Origin: Ignavibacteriota bacterium | GTDB lineage: Bacteria > Bacteroidota > Ignavibacteria > UBA10030 > UBA6906 | Length of the DNA stretch: 64,000 nucleotides | Direction: 5' to 3' | Assembly: GCA_963801355.1 (NCBI GenBank) | Contig: CAWDEM010000008.1 | Span: 1,824,001 to 1,888,000, forward strand | Notes under the pieces: model-generated | Databases searched by the model: none | What the model was told of the DNA's origin: nothing | The model's input: only the letters and a program-made list of their open reading frames with translations | Part shown: positions 30,454 to 39,033 of the stretch, one piece after another | Layout: the number at the start of each line of letters is the position of its first letter | How positions within the stretch are numbered: position 1 is the first letter of the stretch | Translations under genes and position numbers: made by a program

Positions 30454-30825
30454 GGGATGGATCTCCGATCTTGTCTGACGCTCTGACCTTGACCCAAGGG
30501 TTCGAACCAGATGCTATGGTACAGTGGGACCAAGGTACGGAGGAGATGAGGCATGAGCAAGTAGAAGTACGAGCCAGAGCAGCAGATTTCTCGGCCTGTA
30601 AGAATAGAAGCGGACGGGCCCCAGGCGAGGCTGAAAGGTCTTTCGACTCATCCATTCGTCGAGGAATGAAGGCTGAGCCCTGAGCCTCTCGACATTGCTA
30701 GGGACCCGGAGGCCTGTGAAAGGCACGACCGAATGGCGGGTCCCGTCCCGGGAAGGGTAAAGTCGTTCATCCATGCAATCGCGATGGCATTCTGTGGCGG
30801 ATGGAATAATGAAGAAGGACAGCTC

Positions 30826-33663
30826 CTAGGGTCCAGCAATGAGTCTTCGAAGCTGATCAGCAGTGAGGTTGGGCGAAGGTTGGAATCGCTCACTCCCCAT
30901 GTAGCGTGCAAGACTGTAGCGCAACTGGCGGGCGACGGGGTTGTCCTGCAGTGAGCCGTAGATGTCGATGCTTGTTACAATGAGTCGCCCATTTCCAACT
31001 CTCGCTTCGAACAGCACCCCCAGCTTTCTGTTTGTCACCCAGTCGTCGATCACCTGCACAATCGGCCGAAACCCAGCCGGCAGGCTGTCAAGAATCATCG
31101 CTCCTGCACGGCTCAGGAGGTACCACCAATGATAGTTGCTGTGGCTTTCGGTCGGGAAGCCCTCGAGCGCAGGATGATCCGGATCGCAAAGGATGCCCAG
31201 CGTGTGAGGAGCCTGGCGGCCCGTCCACGAAGTGTTCCAGAATATGCTCGAGAATCCAAGAGCCACGGGTCCCCGGCTGTCCCCACGGGTGCGATCTGGG
31301 GGGATCATGAGCAAGACTTTGCCGCCGCTATCCAGTAGTGCAACAACGGAGTCGGTGAGATCCCGGGTAACGGTAATCGTATTCGGAGGGAACTCCGGGA
31401 CACGTGCGGGATATATCCAGACGTCCCAGTCGTTTTCAAACTCTGTCCCATCCAGGCCGGCAATCAACCGGTAGCAGGCCGGAGCAGCAAGCTGCCGGGG
31501 AATGATTTGAATGTGGCCCAGCGGGATGGCATTGCCGAGGGGAATATCCTTTGCTGGAAATCTCCCCTGGGCTGCAATGTTGCCTCTGCTGTCAACCAGC
31601 TTCCAGTACGGAATGGCATTCTCAAGAGGCCCGGGACCAAAATGCGCGACTTCAATGTCGGCTTCAATGCTATCCTCGTTGGTGAACACTCTCCGGCTCA
31701 AACGGGCAAGCGGAACCGTGGTGTTACAGAACCGGCGGAATTCTGCAGGGGTTATGTAGCCTTTGGATTCCCAGAAGGGATCGAGAACGCCGACTAGTGC
31801 GGTTCCCTGACCCGGAAAGTCGTGCAAGTCCAGGAGTTCAAAACCACCCATTCCCGGGGTCCTCAACGCCGACTCGATTTCCTCCTTGTAGCAGAGAGCC
31901 TGAAGCTTCCCTGATGCGATGAGGAACTGATGCGCCTGGTCGCCCATGTGATGAGCTTCGAGCCCATCCCGGAAGATTTCGAAATTCCTCGGCTTGAGGT
32001 AGCCGTTGTACTTGGAGATCTCAGCGAAATTCGGATACACGCACCACTGCCCGATCTCGTGGCTGATGACCGGCACCGGGCGTTCCTGGATATAGGATCG
32101 GTAGTCGGTAGTGGTTTCGGGAGGACGGGCGTTGATACGTGAGCCAAGGCCCTTACCCCATGCCTGGATGCGTGGCTTAGGAGTCACATGAAACTGGTTT
32201 TCCGGGATCTGGGGCCAGCCGGCACCGGACGAATAGAGCCTGCGTGAGTCCAGTGCTTTGCAGTGATCGACCCATCGGGCAAGATACGCTCCGCTTTTTG
32301 CACCGCCCGGCTCGTTGCCATAGAGCATGAATAAGAATGACGGATGATTTCCGTATTCACGAAGTATGCAGTCGGTCTCCGCATACACCCAGCGATCCAC
32401 GGGCTTGCCGTCCCCCAGAGAAGTCGATTGGTTCGCCCAGGATGCAGCTTCGACGTGAAGATAGAAGCCCATCTCGTCCGCTGCCGCAAAGGCAGCTTCA
32501 GGCGGGCACCAGGAGTGAAAGCGGAAAAGGTTCAGGCCATGGGCCTTCGCGGCGCCAATCACGCGCTTCCACGAATCGACGTCGGTTGGAGGATGACCAG
32601 TCGCCGGAAAGATCGCGCATTCGAGCGTTCCGCGAAGAAACAGCTTTTGTCCGTTCAGCAGCAGCTGCGATCCCGCCGCAGATATATCCCGCAGCCCGAA
32701 GGTCACTGATTTGCTGTGCTTCCCGCCATCAAGCACCGCAGTCAGCATGTACAGTGCCGGGTTGAATTCATTCCAGACGCGAGCAGTGTCGCCCATGGGA
32801 ATCTTCACCGCAAATGACCCGCCACCGGGTTCCCATCCCACCCGGATTCTGACGCCGGGGCGATTGGCAACGGTCACGGTTATTGCGCCTTTTCCGGATC
32901 GCCCCGTGACATTTCCAATCGTTCCCTGTACCTCCACGGTTCTGTTCGACGCATCAGGAGAGACCCGCAGATCGTCGATCCAGATGGGTGGTGTTGAGCG
33001 AAGTTCCAACCGTCCAACGAGACCGTTCCAGTTTCCCTGGGTATGATCTGTAATGCTGTGTGAATTCACTCCTATGTCCACGACAATGCTATTGTCGACA
33101 CGGACTGTGATTTGGTGCCGGCCGGGTTTCCGCGATGTTCCCAGGTCATACACATGCGGCGTGGAGAGGCTGGTATTCCTTCCCACTTCCCTGCCATCGC
33201 ACCACACTTGGGTCACCCAATGAGGTCGTTCGAGCATGAGCACGACCCGCTTCGTCCTCCAACCTGATGGCAGGTCGAAATCACGTTGATACCAAGCCGC
33301 GCCCGCGTAGTACTTGTCAGGCTGCAACCAGAACGGCACCTTGACCTGTTGCGAACGCCTGTAACGTTCGTAGTCCGGCGACGTGAACCAGGTGCTATCC
33401 AGGATGTCACCGGTCCACTTCGTCGCGGCAGTGACATCATCTCCGATCCCCCGCCCGGGCAAAGACCCCGGCAGAAGGATCGTCCCCGGAAGCAACCTGT
33501 CGAACCATCGTTCCTCGATCCCGACATTTGTGCGGTCGAGTTGAAACCGCCACTCACCAGCCAACGCAATTGATGCCTCCGCACACCGAGCGGAAGGGTG
33601 TGGAAGACAGCAAGCACAGATTATGGTCGGCACAACAACCAGGACGAAACGCAAGTGCTCCAT
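30826..33663 (-). CDS. GH2-family glycoside hydrolase
   Basis: LAGEWRF, AWYQRDF, FGLRDI, GLNLFRFHSW, GNHPSF...GNEP, PVISHEIGQW. Confidence 0.85.
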   Translation of the reverse strand: MEHLRFVLVVVPTIICACCLPHPSARCAEASIALAGEWRFQLDRTNVGIEERWFDRLLPGTILLPGSLPGRGIGDDVTAATKWTGDILDSTWFTSPDYERYRRSQQVKVPFWLQPDKYYAGAAWYQRDFDLPSGWRTKRVVLMLERPHWVTQVWCDGREVGRNTSLSTPHVYDLGTSRKPGRHQITVRVDNSIVVDIGVNSHSITDHTQGNWNGLVGRLELRSTPPIWIDDLRVSPDASNRTVEVQGTIGNVTGRSGKGAITVTVANRPGVRIRVGWEPGGGSFAVKIPMGDTARVWNEFNPALYMLTAVLDGGKHSKSVTFGLRDISAAGSQLLLNGQKLFLRGTLECAIFPATGHPPTDVDSWKRVIGAAKAHGLNLFRFHSWCPPEAAFAAADEMGFYLHVEAASWANQSTSLGDGKPVDRWVYAETDCILREYGNHPSFLFMLYGNEPGGAKSGAYLARWVDHCKALDSRRLYSSGAGWPQIPENQFHVTPKPRIQAWGKGLGSRINARPPETTTDYRSYIQERPVPVISHEIGQWCVYPNFAEISKYNGYLKPRNFEIFRDGLEAHHMGDQAHQFLIASGKLQALCYKEEIESALRTPGMGGFELLDLHDFPGQGTALVGVLDPFWESKGYITPAEFRRFCNTTVPLARLSRRVFTNEDSIEADIEVAHFGPGPLENAIPYWKLVDSRGNIAAQGRFPAKDIPLGNAIPLGHIQIIPRQLAAPACYRLIAGLDGTEFENDWDVWIYPARVPEFPPNTITVTRDLTDSVVALLDSGGKVLLMIPPDRTRGDSRGPVALGFSSIFWNTSWTGRQAPHTLGILCDPDHPALEGFPTESHSNYHWWYLLSRAGAMILDSLPAGFRPIVQVIDDWVTNRKLGVLFEARVGNGRLIVTSIDIYGSLQDNPVARQLRYSLARYMGSERFQPSPNLTADQLRRLIAGP

Positions 33664-33687
33664 TGGGAGCCTCTCCTGTGAGGATTC

Positions 33688-33774
33688 TTACATCGAAAGA
33701 GCACCATTGACGAGGCACACCCCCTCGCCGAGCTTCTCGAGGATCTTGTACTGGGAAACAGTCTTGCCGATCAT
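33688..33774 (-). pseudogene. Ser/Thr kinase N-terminal stub
   Basis: MIGKTVSQYKILEKLGEG, then unrelated residues and a stop (28 aa). Confidence 0.8.
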
Positions 33775-33833
33775 GGGACATCTAGACGGATGTGTATGAT
33801 CCCGACGGCACGGAGAATCAGCAATACGGTGGC

Positions 33834-33862
33834 AATATAGGGTAGGGTGGCATGGGAGTCAA
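33834..33862 (-). promoter_or_regulatory. Sigma70-type promoter (module copy 1)
   Basis: TTGACT-17 bp-TATATT on the minus strand, upstream of the kinase stub and GH2. Confidence 0.65.
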
Positions 33863-34305
33863 ACGGGTGTCGAACAGGCAGGGATATCAGGGTACCGCAG
33901 GAGCCCCCAAGAGAAAACCCCGAAGCACGGGAGTTCGCACTTCGGGGTCATTCGCTCCGCGAGAGGCTTGAAAACTCGAACTACATTCTCCTCAAAATCC
34001 CCATTGAAATCCACAATCTGGGGCACGGCCAGCGGCTCATTTGCATGGATGGTGAGCGTTTGCCAAAGGAGCTGGGGGTCACAAGTCAAGAAATCGACAG
34101 TTTGCGTCAGGTCGGCTTGGTCCGGCCCCTGCCACAGAAGCCGGAACCGAAGATCCGCATCGACTACTCAGCCCTTCAGCAGACATACCGCCGGATGCTC
34201 GCGGATGGCCCCTTCTCAAACCAGACCGAACTCGCTCGTCACCTGGGAGTCAGCAGGGTCTGGGTGAGCAGGGTGTTGAAGGGAATTAGGAGAAAGGCCG
34301 ACTGA
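33847..34305 (+). CDS. Small HTH protein of the type found beside serine recombinases (start uncertain)
   Basis: C-terminal [31 protein letters not shown] helix-turn-helix. The ORF overlaps the att-like site at 33932-33982. Confidence 0.55.
   Translation: MAWESNGCRTGRDIRVPQEPPRENPEAREFALRGHSLRERLENSNYILLKIPIEIHNLGHGQRLICMDGERLPKELGVTSQEIDSLRQVGLVRPLPQKPEPKIRIDYSALQQTYRRMLADGPFSNQTELARHLGVSRVWVSRVLKGIRRKAD
33932..33982. mobile_element. Degenerate att-like site
   Basis: AGTTCGCAC...GCTCCGCGAG...ACTCGAACT. It shares its core with 38015/63537 and its left arm with 37992. Confidence 0.55.
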
Positions 34306-34346
34306 TGTTGGCCATTCGGTGATGGGATCCCGCGTGAGGTCGGCAG

Positions 34347-34475
34347 GAACTTCAGGGCCACTGTGCGCGTGAGCTTCAGGTCCTCGGCCTTGTAGACGAC
34401 GCCCATGCCGCCTTCACTGAGTTTCGAGAGGATCCTGTCGTGGGAAACAGTCTGGCCGATCTTGGGGCTTTCCAC
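34347..34475 (-). pseudogene. Second Ser/Thr kinase N-terminal stub (diverged direct repeat of 36696-36824)
   Basis: [40 protein letters not shown], then similarity is lost. Confidence 0.85.
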
Positions 34476-34505
34476 AAGCGTATGAAGTCTGTCAGGTGAT
34501 AGATC

Positions 34506-36812
34506 TCAAGCTTCCGGTAAGGGCAAATTTATCCGTTTCATCAACTCCAGGAAGCGCGGGTCGGAATGCAGGAAATTGAAAAGGGGGTTTCCCCTTATTT
34601 CGGGGAACAGCGGGGCCCGCGGCTCGTAGTACAGCCACCGGATTGCTTCCTCCCTGTCGCCGAGAGCAGCGTGCAGTTCCGCCCGCCGCAAAGCCCACCA
34701 GGGAGTGGTTTTCAGTTGCTCTATTTCAGCCAGCACTTTCCGGGCATCCTCCACTCTGCCGGCTACCGCATAGGCAATGCCGATGTATGACCTGTATGCG
34801 GGCGCGACCTCTCCGGCCTTTTTGAATGCGGCAAAGGCATCCTCGAACCTGCGCTGGTCCGTATATGTGCGCCCCAGTACCATGTGGGCGATCGGATTGT
34901 TGGGGTCGATATCGATTGCCCTGCGGCATTCGGCGATGGCTTCATCGAAACGGCCCAGCCTGCGGTAGACATCCCCGAGCCAGGCTGTGTGCAGCGGCAA
35001 GAGGGGATCGAGTTCCTGGGCACGCTTGTGCTCGACGAGAGCCTCGTCCATCCGCCCGAGGATCACATGAAACCAGGAGAGATGGTAATAGGCGATCGCA
35101 AGATGGGGATTGATGCTGATCGCCTTCTTCATCAGCCGGATGGCTGATACCCAGTCATAGTCGTAGTACGCCTTGAGGAAGCCCAGCGGGACATAGGGCA
35201 TGTCCAGCGTGCTGTCTAGCTGGATGGCCCTCTCAACGGCAGCTCTTGCGAATGAGAGCGCTTCAGGCGGTGGGTCAGGACCGTGAGCGATCGTCATGTA
35301 ACCATGCGCCAGGCCGGCATAGGCCCTCGCGTCTCCCGGGTCCCTGTCCACGGCCTCCTTGAGGTATGCCAGGCCCTTCTTCTGTGCCTCCGGGGTCGCC
35401 TTGTTCAACCAGTACATCCCCCGGAGGTACGCCTCGTACGTTTCAGGGTCAACCGGCCGTGCCTTCGCGAGCTCTTCGGCCTTACCCGGGGTAAGCCTTA
35501 GCTTGAGCTGCGCTGCTATTGCGGAAACGATCTCGTTCTGGAGCGACAGCACGTCACGCAGCTCCCGTTCGTATCGCTCAGCCCAGAGCGAGCCCTCGGT
35601 CACCGGATCTATGAGCTGCGCGGTCACACGTATCGAGTTCCCTACCCGCACGACGGCGCCGGTCAGCAGGGCATCAACATTCAATTCCCTCGCGATCTCT
35701 CCGATGGGCGTTCCCTTCCCCTTGAATCGCATGACCGACGAACGGGAGATCACTCTCTTCAGACCGCCGGCCTTCGCGAGATCCGTGATCAGGGCATCGT
35801 GGATCCCATCGACAAGGTATTCCTGTTCAGCGTCCCCCGAGAGATTTTCCAGCGGAAGAACGGCAATCGACTCAATGCCACCCGCCTTCCAGACTCCGCT
35901 CCAGAAAAGCACCCCCGCAGCCACGAGGAGCAGGGCAAGGACAGCCCCGGCGTAGACGAGCGGCCTGTGAGTCACGACCAGCCTCCGGAGCCCGATCCTT
36001 TTTTCCGCACTCCCCGACAGCACATCCAGGTCCAGGAGTATCTCATCCGCCGATTGGTACCGTTCCTCCTTATCCTTCCGGAGGAGTTTCTGGACGAGCG
36101 CCTCGAGCTCAGCCGGGACCTCTGGGTTGTACTTTGTTGCCGGCGTGGGGGTGTCGTTCAGGATCGAATAGACCACCGCCGTCTCGTATTCCGACTGGAA
36201 CGGGAGCCGGCCGGTCAGAAGCTCGTACAGCACAACGCCGAACGACCAGAGATCTGTCCGCTGGTCAACCTCTTCTCCCCGTGCCTGCTCCGGTGACATG
36301 TACGTCACCGTGCCGGCTGTGCTGCCATCCCGGGTGAGTTGGGTGCGGCCGGCCAGTTTCGCGAGCCCGAAATCCATGATCTTGACCTGCCCGTCGGCGG
36401 TCAGCATGATGTTTGAGCTCTTGATATCGCGGTGGGTGATCTTCTTTCGGTGGGCAGCCTGGAGGCCCCGGGCAATTTGTCGAGCAAAGTCGAGGACTTC
36501 AGGAATCGTCCGCGACCCCTTCTCGATTCGATCCTTCAGCGTCATCCCCTCGACGTACGCCATGGCGATGAAAGGGGATCCGTCGGCCTCATCGACTTCA
36601 TAGATCGTGCAGATATTGGGATGGTCGAGTTGAGCGATGACCTGCGCTTCGCGGATGAGGCGAGCTTTCTCTTTCTCCCCGACGGTGGGAGGAAGGAACT
36701 TCAGCGCGACAGTGCGGGTGAGCTTCAGATCCTCGGCTTTGTAGACGACACCCATGCCGCCTTCGCCGAGCTTCGAGAGGATCCTGTAGTGGGAAACAAC
36801 TTCACCGACCAT
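34506..36812 (-). CDS. Hanks-type Ser/Thr protein kinase with TM helix, TolB-N-like domain and TPR repeats
   Basis: [47 protein letters not shown] and a TPR-rich C-terminus. Confidence 0.93.
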   Translation of the reverse strand: MVGEVVSHYRILSKLGEGGMGVVYKAEDLKLTRTVALKFLPPTVGEKEKARLIREAQVIAQLDHPNICTIYEVDEADGSPFIAMAYVEGMTLKDRIEKGSRTIPEVLDFARQIARGLQAAHRKKITHRDIKSSNIMLTADGQVKIMDFGLAKLAGRTQLTRDGSTAGTVTYMSPEQARGEEVDQRTDLWSFGVVLYELLTGRLPFQSEYETAVVYSILNDTPTPATKYNPEVPAELEALVQKLLRKDKEERYQSADEILLDLDVLSGSAEKRIGLRRLVVTHRPLVYAGAVLALLLVAAGVLFWSGVWKAGGIESIAVLPLENLSGDAEQEYLVDGIHDALITDLAKAGGLKRVISRSSVMRFKGKGTPIGEIARELNVDALLTGAVVRVGNSIRVTAQLIDPVTEGSLWAERYERELRDVLSLQNEIVSAIAAQLKLRLTPGKAEELAKARPVDPETYEAYLRGMYWLNKATPEAQKKGLAYLKEAVDRDPGDARAYAGLAHGYMTIAHGPDPPPEALSFARAAVERAIQLDSTLDMPYVPLGFLKAYYDYDWVSAIRLMKKAISINPHLAIAYYHLSWFHVILGRMDEALVEHKRAQELDPLLPLHTAWLGDVYRRLGRFDEAIAECRRAIDIDPNNPIAHMVLGRTYTDQRRFEDAFAAFKKAGEVAPAYRSYIGIAYAVAGRVEDARKVLAEIEQLKTTPWWALRRAELHAALGDREEAIRWLYYEPRAPLFPEIRGNPLFNFLHSDPRFLELMKRINLPLPEA

Positions 36813-36870
36813 GGGAATCTCCACGTGCGTGCATGATTCCTACGGCAGGAACAATCAGCGGTACGACGAC

Positions 36871-36899
36871 AAGATACGGCGGGGAACCGCCATAGTCAA
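36871..36899 (-). promoter_or_regulatory. Sigma70-type promoter (module copy 2)
   Basis: TTGACT-17 bp-TATCTT upstream of the kinase. Confidence 0.7.
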
Positions 36900-36916
36900 A
36901 CGGGACGGGCGGACGG

Positions 36917-36943
36917 CTGACATCAGGAAGCTGACATCAGGAA
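36917..36943 (+). repeat. Tandem duplication of CTGACATCAGGAA
   Basis: ctgacatcaggaag-ctgacatcaggaa. The same motif occurs at 63418. Confidence 0.7.
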
Positions 36944-36982
36944 AGTCGTACTTGCAGAGGGGTCCGAAGAGAGTCTGAAAAG

Positions 36983-37026
36983 ACGAAGACTCAAAGCCAT
37001 CATCCCTCGGTGGTTTGAGTCTTCGT
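36983..37026. terminator. 13-bp stem hairpin, probable terminator for the nucleotidyltransferase gene
   Basis: ACGAAGACTCAAA...TTTGAGTCTTCGT. A collapsed copy lies at 63507-63529. Confidence 0.65.
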
Positions 37027-37027
37027 G

Positions 37028-37534
37028 TCAATCGCTCCCAGGCCGGGAATGAGAAAGAAGCTCCCGTAAGAAAAGCAGATCCAGTGCATCCTTCTCCCTC
37101 CCAGTCTGCTTCATTCGCAGGAGCAGGCGGGGAGACGCGAATGGGATTGGAACGCCGGCCACTTCGACAATAGTCACTTCCGACTGCGCCTCAGCGAAGC
37201 GAATACCGCCGGCCGAAAGCAGCAGGTCGACAACTATTTCGTCGGCCACGCGCACCACAACATATCGTTCGAGATCTCCCTCCCGAAGTTCGGTCACGGC
37301 TTTGTCCGGGAGTATCTCGAGCGCTTTGCGCACCGCCGCCTGGTTCTCCGGAGACGCATCGATGAGAAGGTCAACGTCCTCCGTACCCCGTACGAAGCCA
37401 GCTTGAATCATCGCCATGCCGCCGATGACGATGTACTTTGCCTTGCGTACGTTCAGTTCGCGGCAGAGGGTCAGCAAATCATTCAGGGTCGGCGGACGGG
37501 ATTCCGCCGCCGCGCCATCATCTTGATCGACCAC
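37028..37534 (-). CDS. Nucleotidyltransferase-fold protein (DUF6036-like)
   Basis: YIVIGGMAM...RGTEDVDLL, LLRMKQTGREKDALDL. Confidence 0.75.
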   Translation of the reverse strand: MVDQDDGAAAESRPPTLNDLLTLCRELNVRKAKYIVIGGMAMIQAGFVRGTEDVDLLIDASPENQAAVRKALEILPDKAVTELREGDLERYVVVRVADEIVVDLLLSAGGIRFAEAQSEVTIVEVAGVPIPFASPRLLLRMKQTGREKDALDLLFLRELLSHSRPGSD

Positions 37535-37686
37535 TGTTGACTTTCCTTGAAGCTGGAGAATCGATGAACGCCTTTAGGGATGAAGGGCTTCTTTCCGCGT
37601 AGAGACACGATGAGCTCCAGAAATGGAGCGGCCTGAAGAAGTCCTCCTCGTGAACGGCGTGAACCGACCACCTTCATTTCATTCAT
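37483..37686 (-). CDS. Small basic partner of the nucleotidyltransferase
   Basis: 67-aa ORF overlapping the downstream gene, with PKGVHRFSSFKE...W motif. Confidence 0.5.
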   Translation of the reverse strand: MNEMKVVGSRRSRGGLLQAAPFLELIVSLRGKKPFIPKGVHRFSSFKESQQWSIKMMARRRNPVRRP

Positions 37687-38012
37687 GGTTGCGCGTCAAA
37701 GTCGAAGATAGCTGATCGAATGTATCAGATATGGGTGTGAAAGGCAAGGCAACGAGAGAGGATAGATGGGGGCAAGGTAGACAGGAAGATCATGCAAGGC
37801 ATGCTTTCAGACTTCCTCTCGCTTTACGAGACATTCGACAAGGACCGGAAGAGACAGCTCAACCAGATCCTCTTTTCGGCCATTATCTCGTTCTTCAAGA
37901 GAGGGACCACAGAAGGAGAGCTTGAGCTGAGAATCCGTGGAAATGGCGTGATAAAGAAGACCTGGGAGGACATAAAAAAAGGGAACCCGATAGTTCGCAC
38001 ATCAGGTTCCCT

Positions 38013-38040
38013 TGGCTCCGCGAGCAGGACTCGAACTAAC
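38013..38040 (-). mobile_element. tRNA 3'-end fragment (probably tRNA-Asn-like), att core copy A
   Basis: Minus strand GTTAG-TTCGAGT-CCTGC-TCGCGGA-G-CCA: T-loop, 3' T-stem, acceptor strand and CCA, but no 5' half of a tRNA. Confidence 0.8.
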
Positions 38041-38128
38041 GTAGAGTGCATCAACAAGGCGAATCTGAGCGGGATCCGGCACTTCACTCGCTCAGATTTT
38101 CGCCTTCTTCGCTATTTTGAACTAACGA

Positions 38129-38148
38129 GGGGACAATTAGGGGACAGT
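38129..38148 (+). repeat. Paired direct repeat resembling integrase arm-type sites
   Basis: GGGGACAAT-TA-GGGGACAGT, 11-bp period, homologous to 63640-63659. Confidence 0.6.
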
Positions 38149-38266
38149 GAAAAACCACAGCGTCATGAGGAGCTCATGACGGGAAAGAGCACACACACTC
38201 AGAAGGACGCATAGCTCATCATGCGGCTGTTACGGTTTCTGATGATCGTCAATCAATCACTGCGTC

Positions 38267-38977
38267 TCACGCCATGTCAGCTGCCGCCGGGTTCCCGTCA
38301 ACCGCACCATCACTCGTCGGCAGGAGAATACTGACTACAATCATCGGGACGGCTTTGTTCTGAGCGATGAGATTGTCGAGGATGAAGTTCACCCGACCCA
38401 CCTTGAACCACGTCTCCTCTGTATCTGTAGTGCCACTGATCAAATAGAACACCGGGTATTTCTTGCTGTTCTGACAATATCCCGGCGGAGTATAGACGAC
38501 CAACGGACGAAGTTCATTCATCGACTTTGATTTGTAATAGCAGTGGGTGATCTCGCCGTGCAGAACATCCTGGGCGGCATATACTGCCGGCGTCTGGCCC
38601 GGGATATCGACCAAACTGCTCTTGAATCGTTCGTTTGGGAAAATATCAACATTGTTGGGATCACCAACCATGACACTATCGACAATGAAGAAGTATGGGT
38701 AGAGATTTGGTTCAACTGGGCCAAGCGTGATGCTCCATACGCCGGCAGTATCGCGCTTCAGGGCTTGTGGCTCCTTGATGAATTGAGAACTCAACTCGAC
38801 CTTCTTCGCACTGGGAGCTTTGAAATTGAACGTCACCGTTCGATCGGGGTGTACTATCGGCGATTCTACCGGTTGAACCCGTGGCCGCTGTGCGTTGAGG
38901 GCAACAGGCAGAGCGACCATGAAAGACAATACGACCGCGCTCAGTATCATTTTCCTTTCCATGTAACTATCCTTCAT
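38267..38977 (-). pseudogene. C-terminally truncated CBM48-like/CE1 esterase
   Basis: VHPDRTVTF, GVWSITLGP, VYTPPGY, YPVFYL, ILDNLIAQNKAVPMIVV. It ends before any GxSxG motif. Confidence 0.8.
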
Positions 38978-39033
38978 CTATGTTTGCTATAGCGAAGAAC
39001 CCTGGGACACGCACCCAGGGGTGTTCACGCTGA

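Larger units (their letters stand above)
37792..38214 (+). pseudogene. Possible C-terminal remnant of a large serine recombinase reading through the att site
   Basis: Helical segment KRQLNQILFSAI...ELELRIR, then GSASRTRT (antisense tRNA end). No catalytic domain is present. Confidence 0.35.

Noticed and set aside
30460-30820. Short ORFs between GH2 and GH115
   Set aside because: No recognisable homology. It may be another scar but cannot be supported by eye.
38013-38100. Intact tRNA gene at either att core
   Set aside because: Only the T-loop to acceptor end is present. The 5' T-stem strand does not pair and no D or anticodon arm can be folded.
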